Positions 36,001 to 50,975 of a DNA stretch of 64,000 bases are shown here, piece after piece (the first letter of the stretch is position 1; the number at the start of each line of letters is the position of its first letter). The stretch lies in assembly GCA_964016885.1 (NCBI GenBank), contig OZ024752.1, forward strand, positions 8,494,001 to 8,558,000, given 5' to 3'. A program made the translations under genes and the position numbers. This DNA is from Eledone cirrhosa. Taxonomy: Eukaryota. A model generated the notes under the pieces. It made no database searches. It was not told the origin of the DNA and saw only the letters and a list, made by a program, of their open reading frames with translations.

Positions 36001-39000
36001 AAATACTATCACCTTACTGGGGATAATATATATATTGATGGGACATACTAAATACTGTCACCTAACTGGGGATAGTGTATATATTGAAGGGACATACTAA
36101 ATACCGTCACCTTACTGGGGATAATATATATATTGATGGGACATGCTTAATACTGTCACCTTACTGGGGATAGTGTATATATTGATGGGGCATACTTAAT
36201 ACTGTCACCTTACTGGGGATAATATATATATTGATGGGACATGCTTAATACTGTCACCTTACTGGGGATAGTGTATATATTGATGGGGCATACTTAATAC
36301 TGTCACCTTACTGGGGATAATATATATATTGATAGGACATACTACTGTCACCTTACTGGGGATAGTGTGTATATATTGATGGGACATACTTAATACTGTC
36401 ACCTTACTGGGGATAATATATATATTGATGGGACATACTTAATACTGTCACCTTACTGGGGATAGTGTATATATTGATGGGACATACTAAATAATGTCAC
36501 CTTACTGGGGATAATATATATATTGATGGGACATACTAAATACTGTCACCTTACTGGGGATAGTGTGTATATATTGATGGAACATACTTAATACTGTCAC
36601 CTTACTGGGGATAGTGTATATATTGATGGGACATACTAAATACTGTCACCTTACTGGGGATAGTGTATATATTGATGGGACATACTAAATACTGTCAACT
36701 TACTTGGGATAATATATATATTGATGGGACATACTAAATACTGTCACCTTACTGGGGATAGTGTATATATTGATGGGACATACTTAATACCGTCACCTTA
36801 CTGGGGATAATATATATATATTGATGGGACATACTAAATACTGTCACCTTACTGGGGATAATATATATAATGATGGGACATACTAAATACTGTCACCTTA
36901 CTGGGGATAGTGTATATATTGATGGGACATACTTAATACTGTCACCTAACTGGGGATAGTGTAGATATTGATGGGACATACTTAATACTGTCACCTTACT
37001 GGGGATAGTGTATATATTGATGGGACATACTTAATACTGTCACCTAACTGGGGATAATATAAATATTGATGGGACATACTAAATACTGTCACCTTACTGG
37101 GGATAATATATATATTGATGGGACATACTAAATACTGTCACCTTACTGGGGATAGTGTATATATTGATGGGACATACTAAATACTGTCACCTTACTGGGG
37201 ATAGTGTATATATTGATGGGACATACTAAATAGTGTCACCTTACTGGGGATAGTATATATATTGATGGGACATACTAAATACCGTCACCTTACTGGGGAT
37301 TGTGTATATATTGATGGGACATACTAAATACTGTCACCTAACTGGGGATAGTGTATATATTGATGGGACATCCTAAATGCTGTCACCTTACTGGGGATAA
37401 TATATATATTGATGGGACATACTTAATACTGTCACCTTACTGGGGATAATATATATATTGATGGGACATACTTAATAATGTAACCTTACTGGGGATAGTG
37501 TATATATTGATGGGACATACTAAATACTGTCACCTTACTGGCGATAGTGTATATATTGATGGGACATACTAAATACTGTCACCTTACTGGGGATAGTGTA
37601 TATATTGATGGGACATACTTAATAGTGTCACCTGACTGGGGATAGTGTATATATTGATGGGACATACTTAATACCGTCACCTTACTGGGGATAATATATA
37701 TATTGACGGGACATACTAAATACTGTCACCTTACTGGGGATAGTGTATATATTGATGGGACATACTAAATACTGTCACCTTACTGGGGATAGTGTATATA
37801 TTGATGGGACATACTTAATACTGTCACCTTACTGGGGATAGTGTATATATTGAAGGGACATACTAAATACTGTCACCTTACTGGGGATAGTGTATATATT
37901 GATGGGACATACTAAATACTGTCACCTTACTGGGGATAATATAAATATTGATGGGACATACTTAATACTGTCACCTTACTGGGGTTAATATATATATTGA
38001 CGGGACATACTTAATACTGTCACCTTACTGGGGATAATTTATATTTTGATGGGACATACTAAATACCGTCACCTTACTGGGGATAGTGTATATATTGATG
38101 GGACATATTAAATACTGTCACCTTACTGGGGATAATATATATATTGATGGGACATACTAAATACCGTCACCTTACTGGGGATTGTGTATATATTGATGGG
38201 ACATACTTAATACTGTCACCTAACTGGGGATAGTGTAGATATTGATGGGACATACTTAATACTGTCACCTTACTGGGGATAGTGTATATATTGATGGGGC
38301 ATACTAAATACCGTCACCTTACTGGGGATAGTGTATATATTGATGGGACATACTAAATACCGTCACCTTACTGGGGATAGTGTATATATTGATGGGACAT
38401 ACTAAATACCGTCACCTTACTGGGGATAGTGTATATATTGATGGGACATACTAAATACTGTCACCTTCCTGGGGATAATATAAATATTGATGGGACATAC
38501 TTAATACTGTCACCTTACTGGGGTTAATATATATATTGACGGGACATAATACTGTCACCTTACTGGGGATAATTTATATTTTGATGGGACATACTAAATA
38601 CCGTCACCTTACTGGGGATAGTGTATATATTGATGGGACATATTAAATACTGTCACCTTACTGGGGATAATATATATATTGATGGGACATACTAAATACT
38701 GTCACCTTACTGGGGATAATATATATATTGATGGGACATACTAAATACCGTCACCTTACTGGGGATAGTGTATATATTGATGGGACATACTAAATACTGT
38801 CACCTTACTGGGGATAGTGTATATATTGATGGGACATACTAAATAGTGTCACCTGACTGGGGATAGTGTATATATTGATGGGACATACTTAATACCGTCA
38901 CCTTACTGGGGATAATATATATATTGACGGGACATACTAAATACTGTCACCTTACTGGGGATAGTGTATATATTGATGGGACATACTAAATACTGTCACC

Positions 39001-40542
39001 TTACTGGGGATAGTGTATATATTGATGGGACATACTTAATACTGTCACCTTACTGGGGATAGTGTATATATTGAAGGGACATACTAAATACTGTCACCTT
39101 ACTGGGGATAGTGTATATATTGATGGGACATACTAAATACTGTTACCTTACTGGGGATAATATAAATATTGATGGGACATACTTAATACCGTCACCTTAC
39201 TGGGGATAATATATATTTTGATGGGACATACTAAATACCGTCACCTTACTGGGGATAGTGTATATATTGATGGGACATACTAAATACTGTCACCTTACTG
39301 GGGATAGTGTATATATTGATGGGACATACTTAATACTGTCACCTAACTGGGGATAGTGTAGATATTGATGGGACATACTTAATACTGTCACCTTACTGGG
39401 GATAGTGTATATATTGATGGGGCATACTTAATACTGTCACCTTACTGGGGATAATATATATATTGATGGGACATACTTAATACTGTCACCTTACTGGGGA
39501 TAATATAAATATTGATGGGACATACTAAATACTGTCACCTTACTGGGGATAATATATATATTGATGGGACATACTAAATACTGTCACCTTACTGGGGATA
39601 GTGTATATATTGAAGGAGATATACTAAATAGTGTCACCTTACTGGGGATAGTGTATATATTGATGGGACATACTAAATACTGTCACCTTACTGGGGATAG
39701 TATATATATTGATGGGACATACTAAATACCGTCACCTTACTGGGGATAATATATATATTGATGGGACATACTAAATACTGTCACCTTACTGAGGAAAGTG
39801 TATATATTGATGGGACATACTAAATACTGTCACCTAACTGGGGATAGTGTATATATTGATGGGACATCCTAAATGCTGTCACCTTACTGGGGATAATATA
39901 TATATTGATGGGACATACTTAATACTGTCACCTTACTGGGGATAATATATATATTGATGGGACATACTTAATAATGTAACCTTACTGGGGATAGTGTATA
40001 TATTGATGGGACATACTAAATACCGTCACCTTACTGGGGATAGTGTATATATTGATGGGACATACTAAATACCGTCACCTTACTGGGGATAGTGTATATA
40101 TTGATGGGACATACTAAATACTGTCACCTTACTGGGGATAGTGTATATATTGATGGGACATACCAAATACTGTCACCTTACTGGGGATAATATAAATATT
40201 GATGGGACATACTTAATACTGTCACCTTACTGGGGTTAATATATATATTGACGGGACATACTTAATACTGTCACCTTACTGGGGATAATTTATATTTTGA
40301 TGGGACATACTAAATACCGTCACCTAACTGGGGATAGTGTATATATTGATGGGACATATTAAATACTGTCACCTTACTGGGGATAATATATATATTGATG
40401 GGACATACTAAATACCGTCACCTTACTGGGGATAGTGTATATATTGATGGGAATACTAAATACTGTCAACTTACTGGGGATAATATATATATTGATGGGA
40501 CATACTAAATACTGTCAACTTACTGGGGATAATATATATATT

Positions 40543-40770
40543 CCCGCCAGACAGTCCACGCTGTAATGTGGCCGTGTAGGCAACACGGTAAAAACCTCCC
40601 AGCCCCACACTGTAAATGTAGTTGGTGTTAGGAAGGGCATCCAACTGTAGAAAACCCGCCAGACAGTCCTATGCGAGCAAGACAACCACTCTTGCCTCAA
40701 GTGGGAAAACCCCCGTCCAAACCCATGCAAGCGTGGAATACGGACGCTAAACCTGATGATGATGATGATG
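40543..40770 (+). mobile_element. 5'-truncated SINE with RTE-type (GAT)n tail inserted in the satellite, copy 1
   Basis: 228 bp of non-satellite sequence inserted at TATATT^GATGGG. It contains GGTGTTAGGAAGGGCATCCA.CTGTAGAAA and ends GCGTGGAATACGGACGCTAAACC(TGA)n. Related segments occur at 60385-60526 and 62512-62551. Confidence 0.85.
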
Positions 40771-43700
40771 ATTGATGGGACATACTAAATACTGTCACTT
40801 TACTGGGGATAGTGTATATATGGATGGGACATACTAAATACTGTCACCTAACTGGGGATAGTGTATATATTGATGGGACATCCTAAATGCTGTCACCTTA
40901 CTGGGGATAATATATATATTGATGGGACATACTTAATACTGTCACCTTACTGGGGATAATATATATATTGATGGGACATACTTAATAATGTAACCTTACT
41001 GGGGATAGTGTATATATTGATGGGACATACTAAATACTGTCACCTTACTGGGGATAGTGTATATATTGATGGGACATACTAAATACTGTCACCTTACTGG
41101 GGATAGTGTATATATTGATGGGACATACTTAATAGTGTCACCTGACTGGGGATAGTGTATATATTGATGGGACATACTTAATACCGTCACCTTACTGGGG
41201 ATAATATATATATTGACGGGACATACTAAATACTGTCACCTTACTGGGGATAGTGTATATATTGATGGGACATACTAAATACTGTCACCTTACTGGGGAT
41301 AGTGTATATATTGATGGGACATACTTAATACTGTCACCTTACTGGGGATAGTGTATATATTGAAGGGACATACTAAATACTGTCACCTTACTGGGGATAG
41401 TGTATATATTGATGGGACATACTAAATACTGTCACCTTACTGGGGATAATATAAATATTGATGGGACATACTTAATACTGTCACCTTACTGGGGTTAATA
41501 TATATATTGACGGGACATACTAAATACCGTCACCTTACTGGGGATAGTGTATATATTGATGGGACATATTAAATACTGTCACCTTACTGGGGATAATATA
41601 TATATTGATGGGACATACTAAATACCGTCACCTTACTGGGGATTGTGTATATATTGATGGGACATACTTAATACTGTCACCTAACTGGGGATAGTGTAGA
41701 TATTGATGGGACATACTTAATACTGTCACCTTACTGGGGATAGTGTAGATATTGATGGGACATACTTAATACTGTCACCTTACTGGGGATAGTGTATATA
41801 TTGATGGGGCATACTAAATACCGTCACCTTACTGGGGATAGTGTATATATTGATGGGACATACTAAATACCGTCACCTTACTGGGGATAGTGTATATATT
41901 GATGGGACATACTAAATACCGTCACCTTACTGGGGATAGTGTATATATTGATGGGACATACTAAATACTGTCACCTTACTGGGGATAGTGTATATATTGA
42001 TGGGACATACTAAATACTGTCACCTTACTGGGGTTAATATATATATTGACGGGACATACTTAATACTGTCACCTTACTGGGGATAATTTATATTTTGATG
42101 GGACATACTAAATACCGTCACCTTACTGGGGATAGTGTATATATTGATGGGACATATTAAATACTGTCACCTTACTGGGGATAATATATATATTGATGGG
42201 ACATACTAAATACAGTCACCTTACTGGGGATAGTGTATATATTGATGGGACATACTAAATACTGTCACCTTACTGGGGATAGTGTATATATTGATGGGAC
42301 ATACTAAATAGTGTCACCTGACTGGGGATAGTGTATATATTGATGGGACATACTTAATACCGTCACCTTACTGGGGATAATATATATATTGACGGGACAT
42401 ACTAAATACTGTCACCTTACTGGGGATAGTGTATATATTGATGGGACATACTAAATACTGTCACCTTACTGGGGATAGTGTATATATTGATGGGACATAC
42501 TTAATACTGTCACCTTACTGGGGATAGTGTATATATTGAAGAGACATACTAAATACTGTCACCTTACTGGGGATAGTGTATATATTGATGGGACATACTA
42601 AATACTGTTACCTTACTGGGGATAATATAAATATTGATGGGACATACTTAATACTGTCACCTTACTGGGGTTAATATATATATTGACGGGACATAATACT
42701 GTCACCTTACTGGGGATAATTTATATTTTGATGGGACATACTAAATACCGTCACCTTACTGGGGATAGTGTATATATTGATGGGACATACTAAATACTGT
42801 CACCTTACTGGGGATAGTGTATATATTGATGGGACATACTTAATACTGTCACCTAACTGGGGATAGTGTAGATATTGATGGGACATACTTAATACTGTCA
42901 CCTTACTGGGGATAGTGTATATATTGATGGGGCATACTTAATACTGTCACCTTACTGGGGATAATATATATATTGATGGGACATACTTAATACTGTCACC
43001 TTACTGGGGATAATATAAATATTGATGGGACATACTAAATACTGTCACCTTACTGGGGATAATATATATATTGATGGGACATACTAAATACTGTCACCTT
43101 ACTGGGGATAGTGTATATATTGAAGGAGATATACTAAATAGTGTCACCTTACTGGGGATAGTGTATATATTGATGGGACATACTAAATAGTGTCACCTTA
43201 CTGGGGATAGTATATATATTGATGGGACATACTAAATACCGTCACCTTACTGGGGATAATATATATATTGATGGGACATACTAAATACTGTCACCTTACT
43301 GAGGAAAGTGTATATATTGATGGGACATACTAAATACTGTCACCTAACTGGGGATAGTGTATATATTGATGGGACATCCTAAATGCTGTCACCTTACTGG
43401 GGATAATATATATATTGATGGGACATACTTAATACTGTCACCTTACTGGGGATAATATATATATTGATGGGACATACTTAATAATGTAACCTTACTGGGG
43501 ATAGTGTATATATTGATGGGACATACTAAATACCGTCACCTTACTGGGGATAGTGTATATATTGATGGGACATACTAAATACCGTCACCTTACTGGGGAT
43601 AGTGTATATATTGATGGGACATACTAAATACTGTCACCTTACTGGGGATAGTGTATATATTGATGGGACATACTAAATACCGTCACCTTACTGGGGATAG

Positions 43701-44150
43701 TGTATATATTGATGGGACATACTAAATACCGTCACCTTACTGGGGATAGTGTATATATTGATGGGACATACCAAATACTGTCACCTTACTGGGGATAATA
43801 TAAATATTGATGGGACATACTTAATACTGTCACCTTACTGGGGTTAATATATATATTGACGGGACATACTTAATACTGTCACCTTACTGGGGATAATTTA
43901 TATTTTGATGGGACATACTAAATACCGTCACCTAACTGGGGATAGTGTATATATTGATGGGACATATTAAATACTGTCACCTTACTGGGGATAATATATA
44001 TATTGATGGGACATACTAAATACCGTCACCTTACTGGGGATAGTGTATATATTGATGGGAATACTAAATACTGTCAACTTACTGGGGATAATATATATAT
44101 TGATGGGACATACTAAATACTGTCAACTTACTGGGGATAATATATATATT

Positions 44151-44378
44151 CCCGCCAGACAGTCCACGCTGTAATGTGGCCGTGTAGGCAACACGGTAAA
44201 AACCTCCCAGCCCCACACTGTAAATGTAGTTGGTGTTAGGAAGGGCATCCAACTGTAGAAAACCCGCCAGACAGTCCTATGCGAGCAAGACAACCACTCT
44301 TGCCTCAAGTGGGAAAACCCCCGTCCAAACCCATGCAAGCGTGGAATACGGACGCTAAACCTGATGATGATGATGATG
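44151..44378 (+). mobile_element. 5'-truncated SINE with (GAT)n tail in the satellite, copy 2
   Basis: Identical by eye to 40543-40770, with the same junctions and the same upstream variant monomers (GGGAATAC, GTCAACTTAC). Confidence 0.85.
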
Positions 44379-47300
44379 ATTGATGGGACATACTAAATAC
44401 TGTCACTTTACTGGGGATAGTGTATATATGGATGGGACATACTAAATACTGTCACCTAACTGGGGATAGTGTATATATTGATGGGACATCCTAAATGCTG
44501 TCACCTTACTGGGGATAATATATATATTGATGGGACATACTTAATACTGTCACCTTACTGGGGATAGTGTATATATTGAAGGGACATACTAAATACTGTC
44601 ACCTTACTGGGGATAATATATATATTGATGGGACATACTAAATACTGTCACCTTACTGGGGATAATATATATATTGATGGGACACGTTTAATACTGTCAC
44701 CTTACTGGGGATACTGTATATATTGATGGGACATACTAAATACTGTCACCTTACTGGGGATAGTGTATATATTGAAGGGACATACTAAATACTGTCAGCT
44801 TACTGGGGATAATATATATATTGATGGGACATACTAAATACTGTCACCTTACTGGGGATAATATATATATTGATGGGACATACTTAATACTGTCACCTTA
44901 CTGGGGATAATATATATATTGCTGGGACATACTTAATACTGTCACCTTACTGGGGATAATATATATATTGATGGGACATACATAATACTGTCACCTTACT
45001 TGGGATAATATATATATTGATGGGACACATTTAATACTGTCACCTTATTGGGGATAATATATATATTGATGGGACATACTAAATACTGTCACCTTACTGG
45101 GGACAGTATATGTATTGATGGGACATACTAAATACTGTCACCTTACTGGGATAGTGTATATATTGATGGGACATACTAAATACTGTCACCTTACTGGGGA
45201 TAGTGTATATATTGATGGGACATACTTAATACTGTCACCTTACTGGGGTTAATATATATATTGACGGGACATACTTAATACTGTCACCTTACTGAGGATA
45301 ATATATATATTGATGGGACATACTAAATACTGTCACCTAACTGGGGATAGTGTATATATTGATGGGACATCCTAAATACTGTCACCTTACTGGGGATAAT
45401 ATATATATTGATGGGACATACTTAATACTGTCACCTTACTGGGGATACTGTATATATTGATGGGATATACTAAATACTGTCACCTTACTGGGGACAGTGT
45501 ATATATTGATAGGACATATTTAATATTGTCACCTTACTGGGGATAATATATATATTGATGGGACATACTTAATACTGTCACCTTACCGGGGATAGTGTAT
45601 ATATTGATGGGACATACTAGATACTGTCACCTTACTTGGGATAGTGTATATATTGAAGGGACATACTAAATACAGTCACCTTACTGGGGATAATATATAT
45701 ATTGATGGGACATACTTAATAATGTCACCTTGCTGGGGATAGTGTATATATTGATGGGACATACTAAATACTGTCACCTTACTGGGGATAGTGTATATAT
45801 TGATGGGACATACTAAATACTGTCACCTTACTGGGGATAGTGTATATAGTGATGGGACATACTAAATACTGTCACCTTACTGGGGATAATATACATATTG
45901 ATGGGACATACTAAATACTATCACCTTACTGGGGATAATATATATATTGATGGGACATACTAAATACTATCACCTTACTGGGGATAATATATATATTGAT
46001 GGGACATACTAAATACTATCACCTTACTGTGGATAATATATATATTGATGGGACATACTAAATACTGTCACCTAACTGGGGATAGTGTATATATTGAAGG
46101 GACATACTAAATACCGTCACCTTACTGGGGATAATATATATATTGATGGGACATGCTTAATACTGTCACCTTACTGGGGATAGTGTATATATTGATGGGG
46201 CATACTTAATACTGTCACCTTACTGGGGATAATATATATATTGATGGGACATGCTTAATACTGTCACCTTACTGGGGATAGTGTATATATTGATGGGGCA
46301 TACTTAATACTGTCACCTTACTGGGGATAATATATATATTGATAGGACATACTACTGTCACCTTACTGGGGATAGTGTGTATATATTGATGGGACATACT
46401 TAATACTGTCACCTTACTGGGGATAATATATATATTGATGGGACATACTTAATACTGTCACCTTACTGGGGATAGTGTATATATTGATGGGACATACTAA
46501 ATAATGTCACCTTACTGGGGATAATATATATATTGATGGGACATACTAAATACTGTCACCTTACTGGGGATAGTGTGTATATATTGATGGGACATACTTA
46601 ATACTGTCACCTTACTGGGGATAGTGTATATATTGATGGGACATACTAAATACTGTCACCTTACTGGGGATAGTGTATATATTGATGGGACATACTAAAT
46701 ACTGTCAACTTACTTGGGATAATATATATATTGATGGGACATACTAAATACTGTCACCTTACTGGGGATAGTGTATATATTGATGGGACATACTAAATAC
46801 TGTCACCTTACTGGGGATAGTGTATATATTGATGGGACATACTTAATACCGTCACCTTACTGGGGATAATATATATATATTGATGGGACATACTAAATAC
46901 TGTCACCTTACTGGGGATAATATATATAATGATGGGACATACTAAATACTGTCACCTTACTGGGGATAGTGTATATATTGATGGGACATACTTAATACTG
47001 TCACCTAACTGGGGATAGTGTAGATATTGATGGGACATACTTAATACTGTCACCTTACTGGGGATAGTGTATATATTGATGGGACATACTTAATACTGTC
47101 ACCTAACTGGGGATAATATAAATATTGATGGGACATACTAAATACTGTCACCTTACTGGGGATAATATATATATTGATGGGACATACTAAATACTGTCAC
47201 CGTACTGGGGATAGTGTATATATTGATGGGACATACTAAATAGTGTCACCTTACTGGGGATAGTATATATATTGATGGGACATACTAAATACCGTCACAT

Positions 47301-50300
47301 TACTGGGGATAATATATATATTGATGGGACATACTAAATACTGTCACCTTACTGAGGAAAGTGTATATATTGATGGGACATACTAAATACTGTCACCTAA
47401 CTGGGGATAGTGTATATATTGATGGGACATCCTAAATGCTGTCACCTTACTGGGGATAATATATATATTGATGGGACATACTTAATACTGTCACCTTACT
47501 GGGGATAATATATATATTGATGGGACATACTTAATAATGTAACCTTACTGGGGATAGTGTATATATTGATGGGACATACTAAATACTGTCACCTTACTGG
47601 GGATAGTGTATATATTGATGGGACATACTAAATACTGTCACCTTACTGGGGATAGTGTATATATTGATGGGACATACTTAATAGTGTCACCTGACTGGGG
47701 ATAGTGTATATATTGATGGGACATACTTAATACCGTCACCTTACTGGGGATAATATATATATTGACGGGACATACTAAATACTGTCACCTTACTGGGGAT
47801 AGTGTATATATTGATGGGACATACTAAATACTGTCACCTTACTGGGGATAGTGTATATATTGATGGGACATACTTAATACTGTCACCTTACTGGGGATAG
47901 TGTATATATTGAAGGGACATACTAAATACTGTCACCTTACTGGGGATAGTGTATATATTGATGGGACATACTAAATACTGTCACCTTACTGGGGATAATA
48001 TAAATATTGATGGGACATACTTAATACTGTCACCTTACTGGGGTTAATATATATATTGACGGGACATACTTAATACTGTCACCTTACTGGGGATAATTTA
48101 TATTTTGATGGGACATACTAAATACCGTCACCTTACTGGGGATAGTGTATATATTGATGGGACATATTAAATACTGTCACCTTACTGGGGATAATATATA
48201 TATTGATGGGACATACTAAATACCGTCACCTTACTGGGGATTGTGTATATATTGATGGGACATACTTAATACTGTCACCTAACTGGGGATAGTGTAGATA
48301 TTGATGGGACATACTTAATACTGTCACCTTACTGGGGATAGTGTATATATTGATGGGGCATACTAAATACCGTCACCTTACTGGGGATAGTGTATATATT
48401 GATGGGACATACTAAATACCGTCACCTTACTGGGGATAGTGTATATATTGATGGGACATACTAAATACCGTCACCTTACTGGGGATAGTGTATATATTGA
48501 TGGGACATACTAAATACTGTCACCTTACTGGGGATAGTGTATATATTGATGGGACATACTAAATACTGTCACCTTACTGGGGATAATATAAATATTGATA
48601 GGACATACTTAATACTGTCACCTTACTGGGGTTAATATATATATTGACGGGACATACTTAATACTGTCACCTTACTGGGGATAATTTATATTTTGATGGG
48701 ACATACTAAATACCGTCACCTTACTGGGGATAGTGTATATATTGATGGGACATATTAAATACTGTCACCTTACTGGGGATAATATATATATTGATGGGAC
48801 ATACTAAATACCGTCACCTTACTGGGGATAGTGTATATATTGATGGGACATACTAAATACTGTCACCTTACTGGGGATAGTGTATATATTGATGGGACAT
48901 ACTAAATAGTGTCACCTGACTGGGGATAGTGTATATATTGATGGGACATACTTAATACCGTCACCTTACTGGGGATAATATATATATTGACGGGACATAC
49001 TAAATACTGTCACCTTACTGGGGATAGTGTATATATTGATGGGACATACTAAATACTGTCACCTTACTGGGGATAGTGTATATATTGATGGGACATACTT
49101 AATACTGTCACCTTACTGGGGATAGTGTATATATTGAAGGGACATACTAAATACTGTCATCTTACTGGGGATAGTGTATATATTGATGGGACATACTAAA
49201 TACTGTTACCTTACTGGGGATAATATAAATATTGATGGGACATACTTAATACTGTCACCTTACTGGGGTTAATATATATATTGACGGGACATAATACTGT
49301 CACCTTACTGGGGATAATTTATATTTTGATGGGACATACTAAATACCGTCACCTTACTGGGGATAGTGTATATATTGATGGGACATACTAAATACTGTCA
49401 CCTTACTGGGGATAGTGTATATATTGATGGGACATACTTAATACTGTCACCTAACTGGGGATAGTGTAGATATTGATGGGACATACTTAATACTGTCACC
49501 TTACTGGGGATAGTGTATATATTGATGGGGCATACTTAATACTGTCACCTTACTGGGGATAATATATATATTGATGGGACATACTTAATACTGTCACCTT
49601 ACTGGGGATAATATAAATATTGATGGGACATACTAAATACTGTCACCTTACTGGGGATAATATATATATTGATGGGACATACTAAATACTGTCACCTTAC
49701 TGGGGATAGTGTATATATTGAAGGAGATATACTAAATAGTGTCACCTTACTGGGGATAGTGTATATATTGATGGGACATACTAAATAGTGTCACCTTACT
49801 GGGGATAGTATATATATTGATGGGACATACTAAATACCGTCACCTTACTGGGGATAATATATATATTGATGGGACATACTAAATACTGTCACCTTACTGA
49901 GGAAAGTGTATATATTGATGGGACATACTAAATACTGTCACCTAACTGGGGATAGTGTATATATTGATGGGACATCCTAAATGCTGTCACCTTACTGGGG
50001 ATAATATATATATTGATGGGACATACTTAATACTGTCACCTTACTGGGGATAATATATATATTGATGGGACATACTTAATAATGTAACCTTACTGGGGAT
50101 AGTGTATATATTGATGGGACATACTAAATACCGTCACCTTACTGGGGATAGTGTATATATTGATGGGACATACTAAATACCGTCACCTTACTGGGGATAG
50201 TGTATATATTGATGGGACATACCAAATACTGTCACCTTACTGGGGATAATATAAATATTGATGGGACATACTTAATACTGTCACCTTACTGGGGTTAATA

Positions 50301-50747
50301 TATATATTGACGGGACATACTTAATACTGTCACCTTACTGGGGATAATTTATATTTTGATGGGACATACTAAATACCGTCACCTAACTGGGGATAGTGTA
50401 TATATTGATGGGACATATTAAATACTGTCACCTTACTGGGGATAATATATATATTGATGGGACATACTAAATACCGTCACCTTACTGGGGATAGTGTATA
50501 TATTGATGGGAATACTAAATACTGTCAACTTACTGGGGATAATATATATATTGATGGGACATACTAAATAGTGTCACCTGACTGGGGATAGTGTATATAT
50601 TGATGGGACATACTTAATACCGTCACCTTACTGGGGATAGTGTATATATTGATGGGAATACTAAATACTGTCAACTTACTGGGGATAATATATATATTGA
50701 TGGGACATACTAAATACTGTCAACTTACTGGGGATAATATATATATT

Positions 50748-50975
50748 CCCGCCAGACAGTCCACGCTGTAATGTGGCCGTGTAGGCAACACGGTAAAAAC
50801 CTCCCAGCCCCACACTGTAAATGTAGTTGGTGTTAGGAAGGGCATCCAACTGTAGAAAACCCGCCAGACAGTCCTATGCGAGCAAGACAACCACTCTTGC
50901 CTCAAGTGGGAAAACCCCCGTCCAAACCCATGCAAGCGTGGAATACGGACGCTAAACCTGATGATGATGATGATG
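50748..50975 (+). mobile_element. 5'-truncated SINE with (GAT)n tail in the satellite, copy 3
   Basis: Identical by eye to the other two copies. Upstream context is the same; the downstream monomer variants differ. Confidence 0.85.

Noticed and set aside
40515-50935. Three identical 71-aa minus-strand ORFs
   Set aside because: Antisense translation of the SINE insert, with no recognisable domain.
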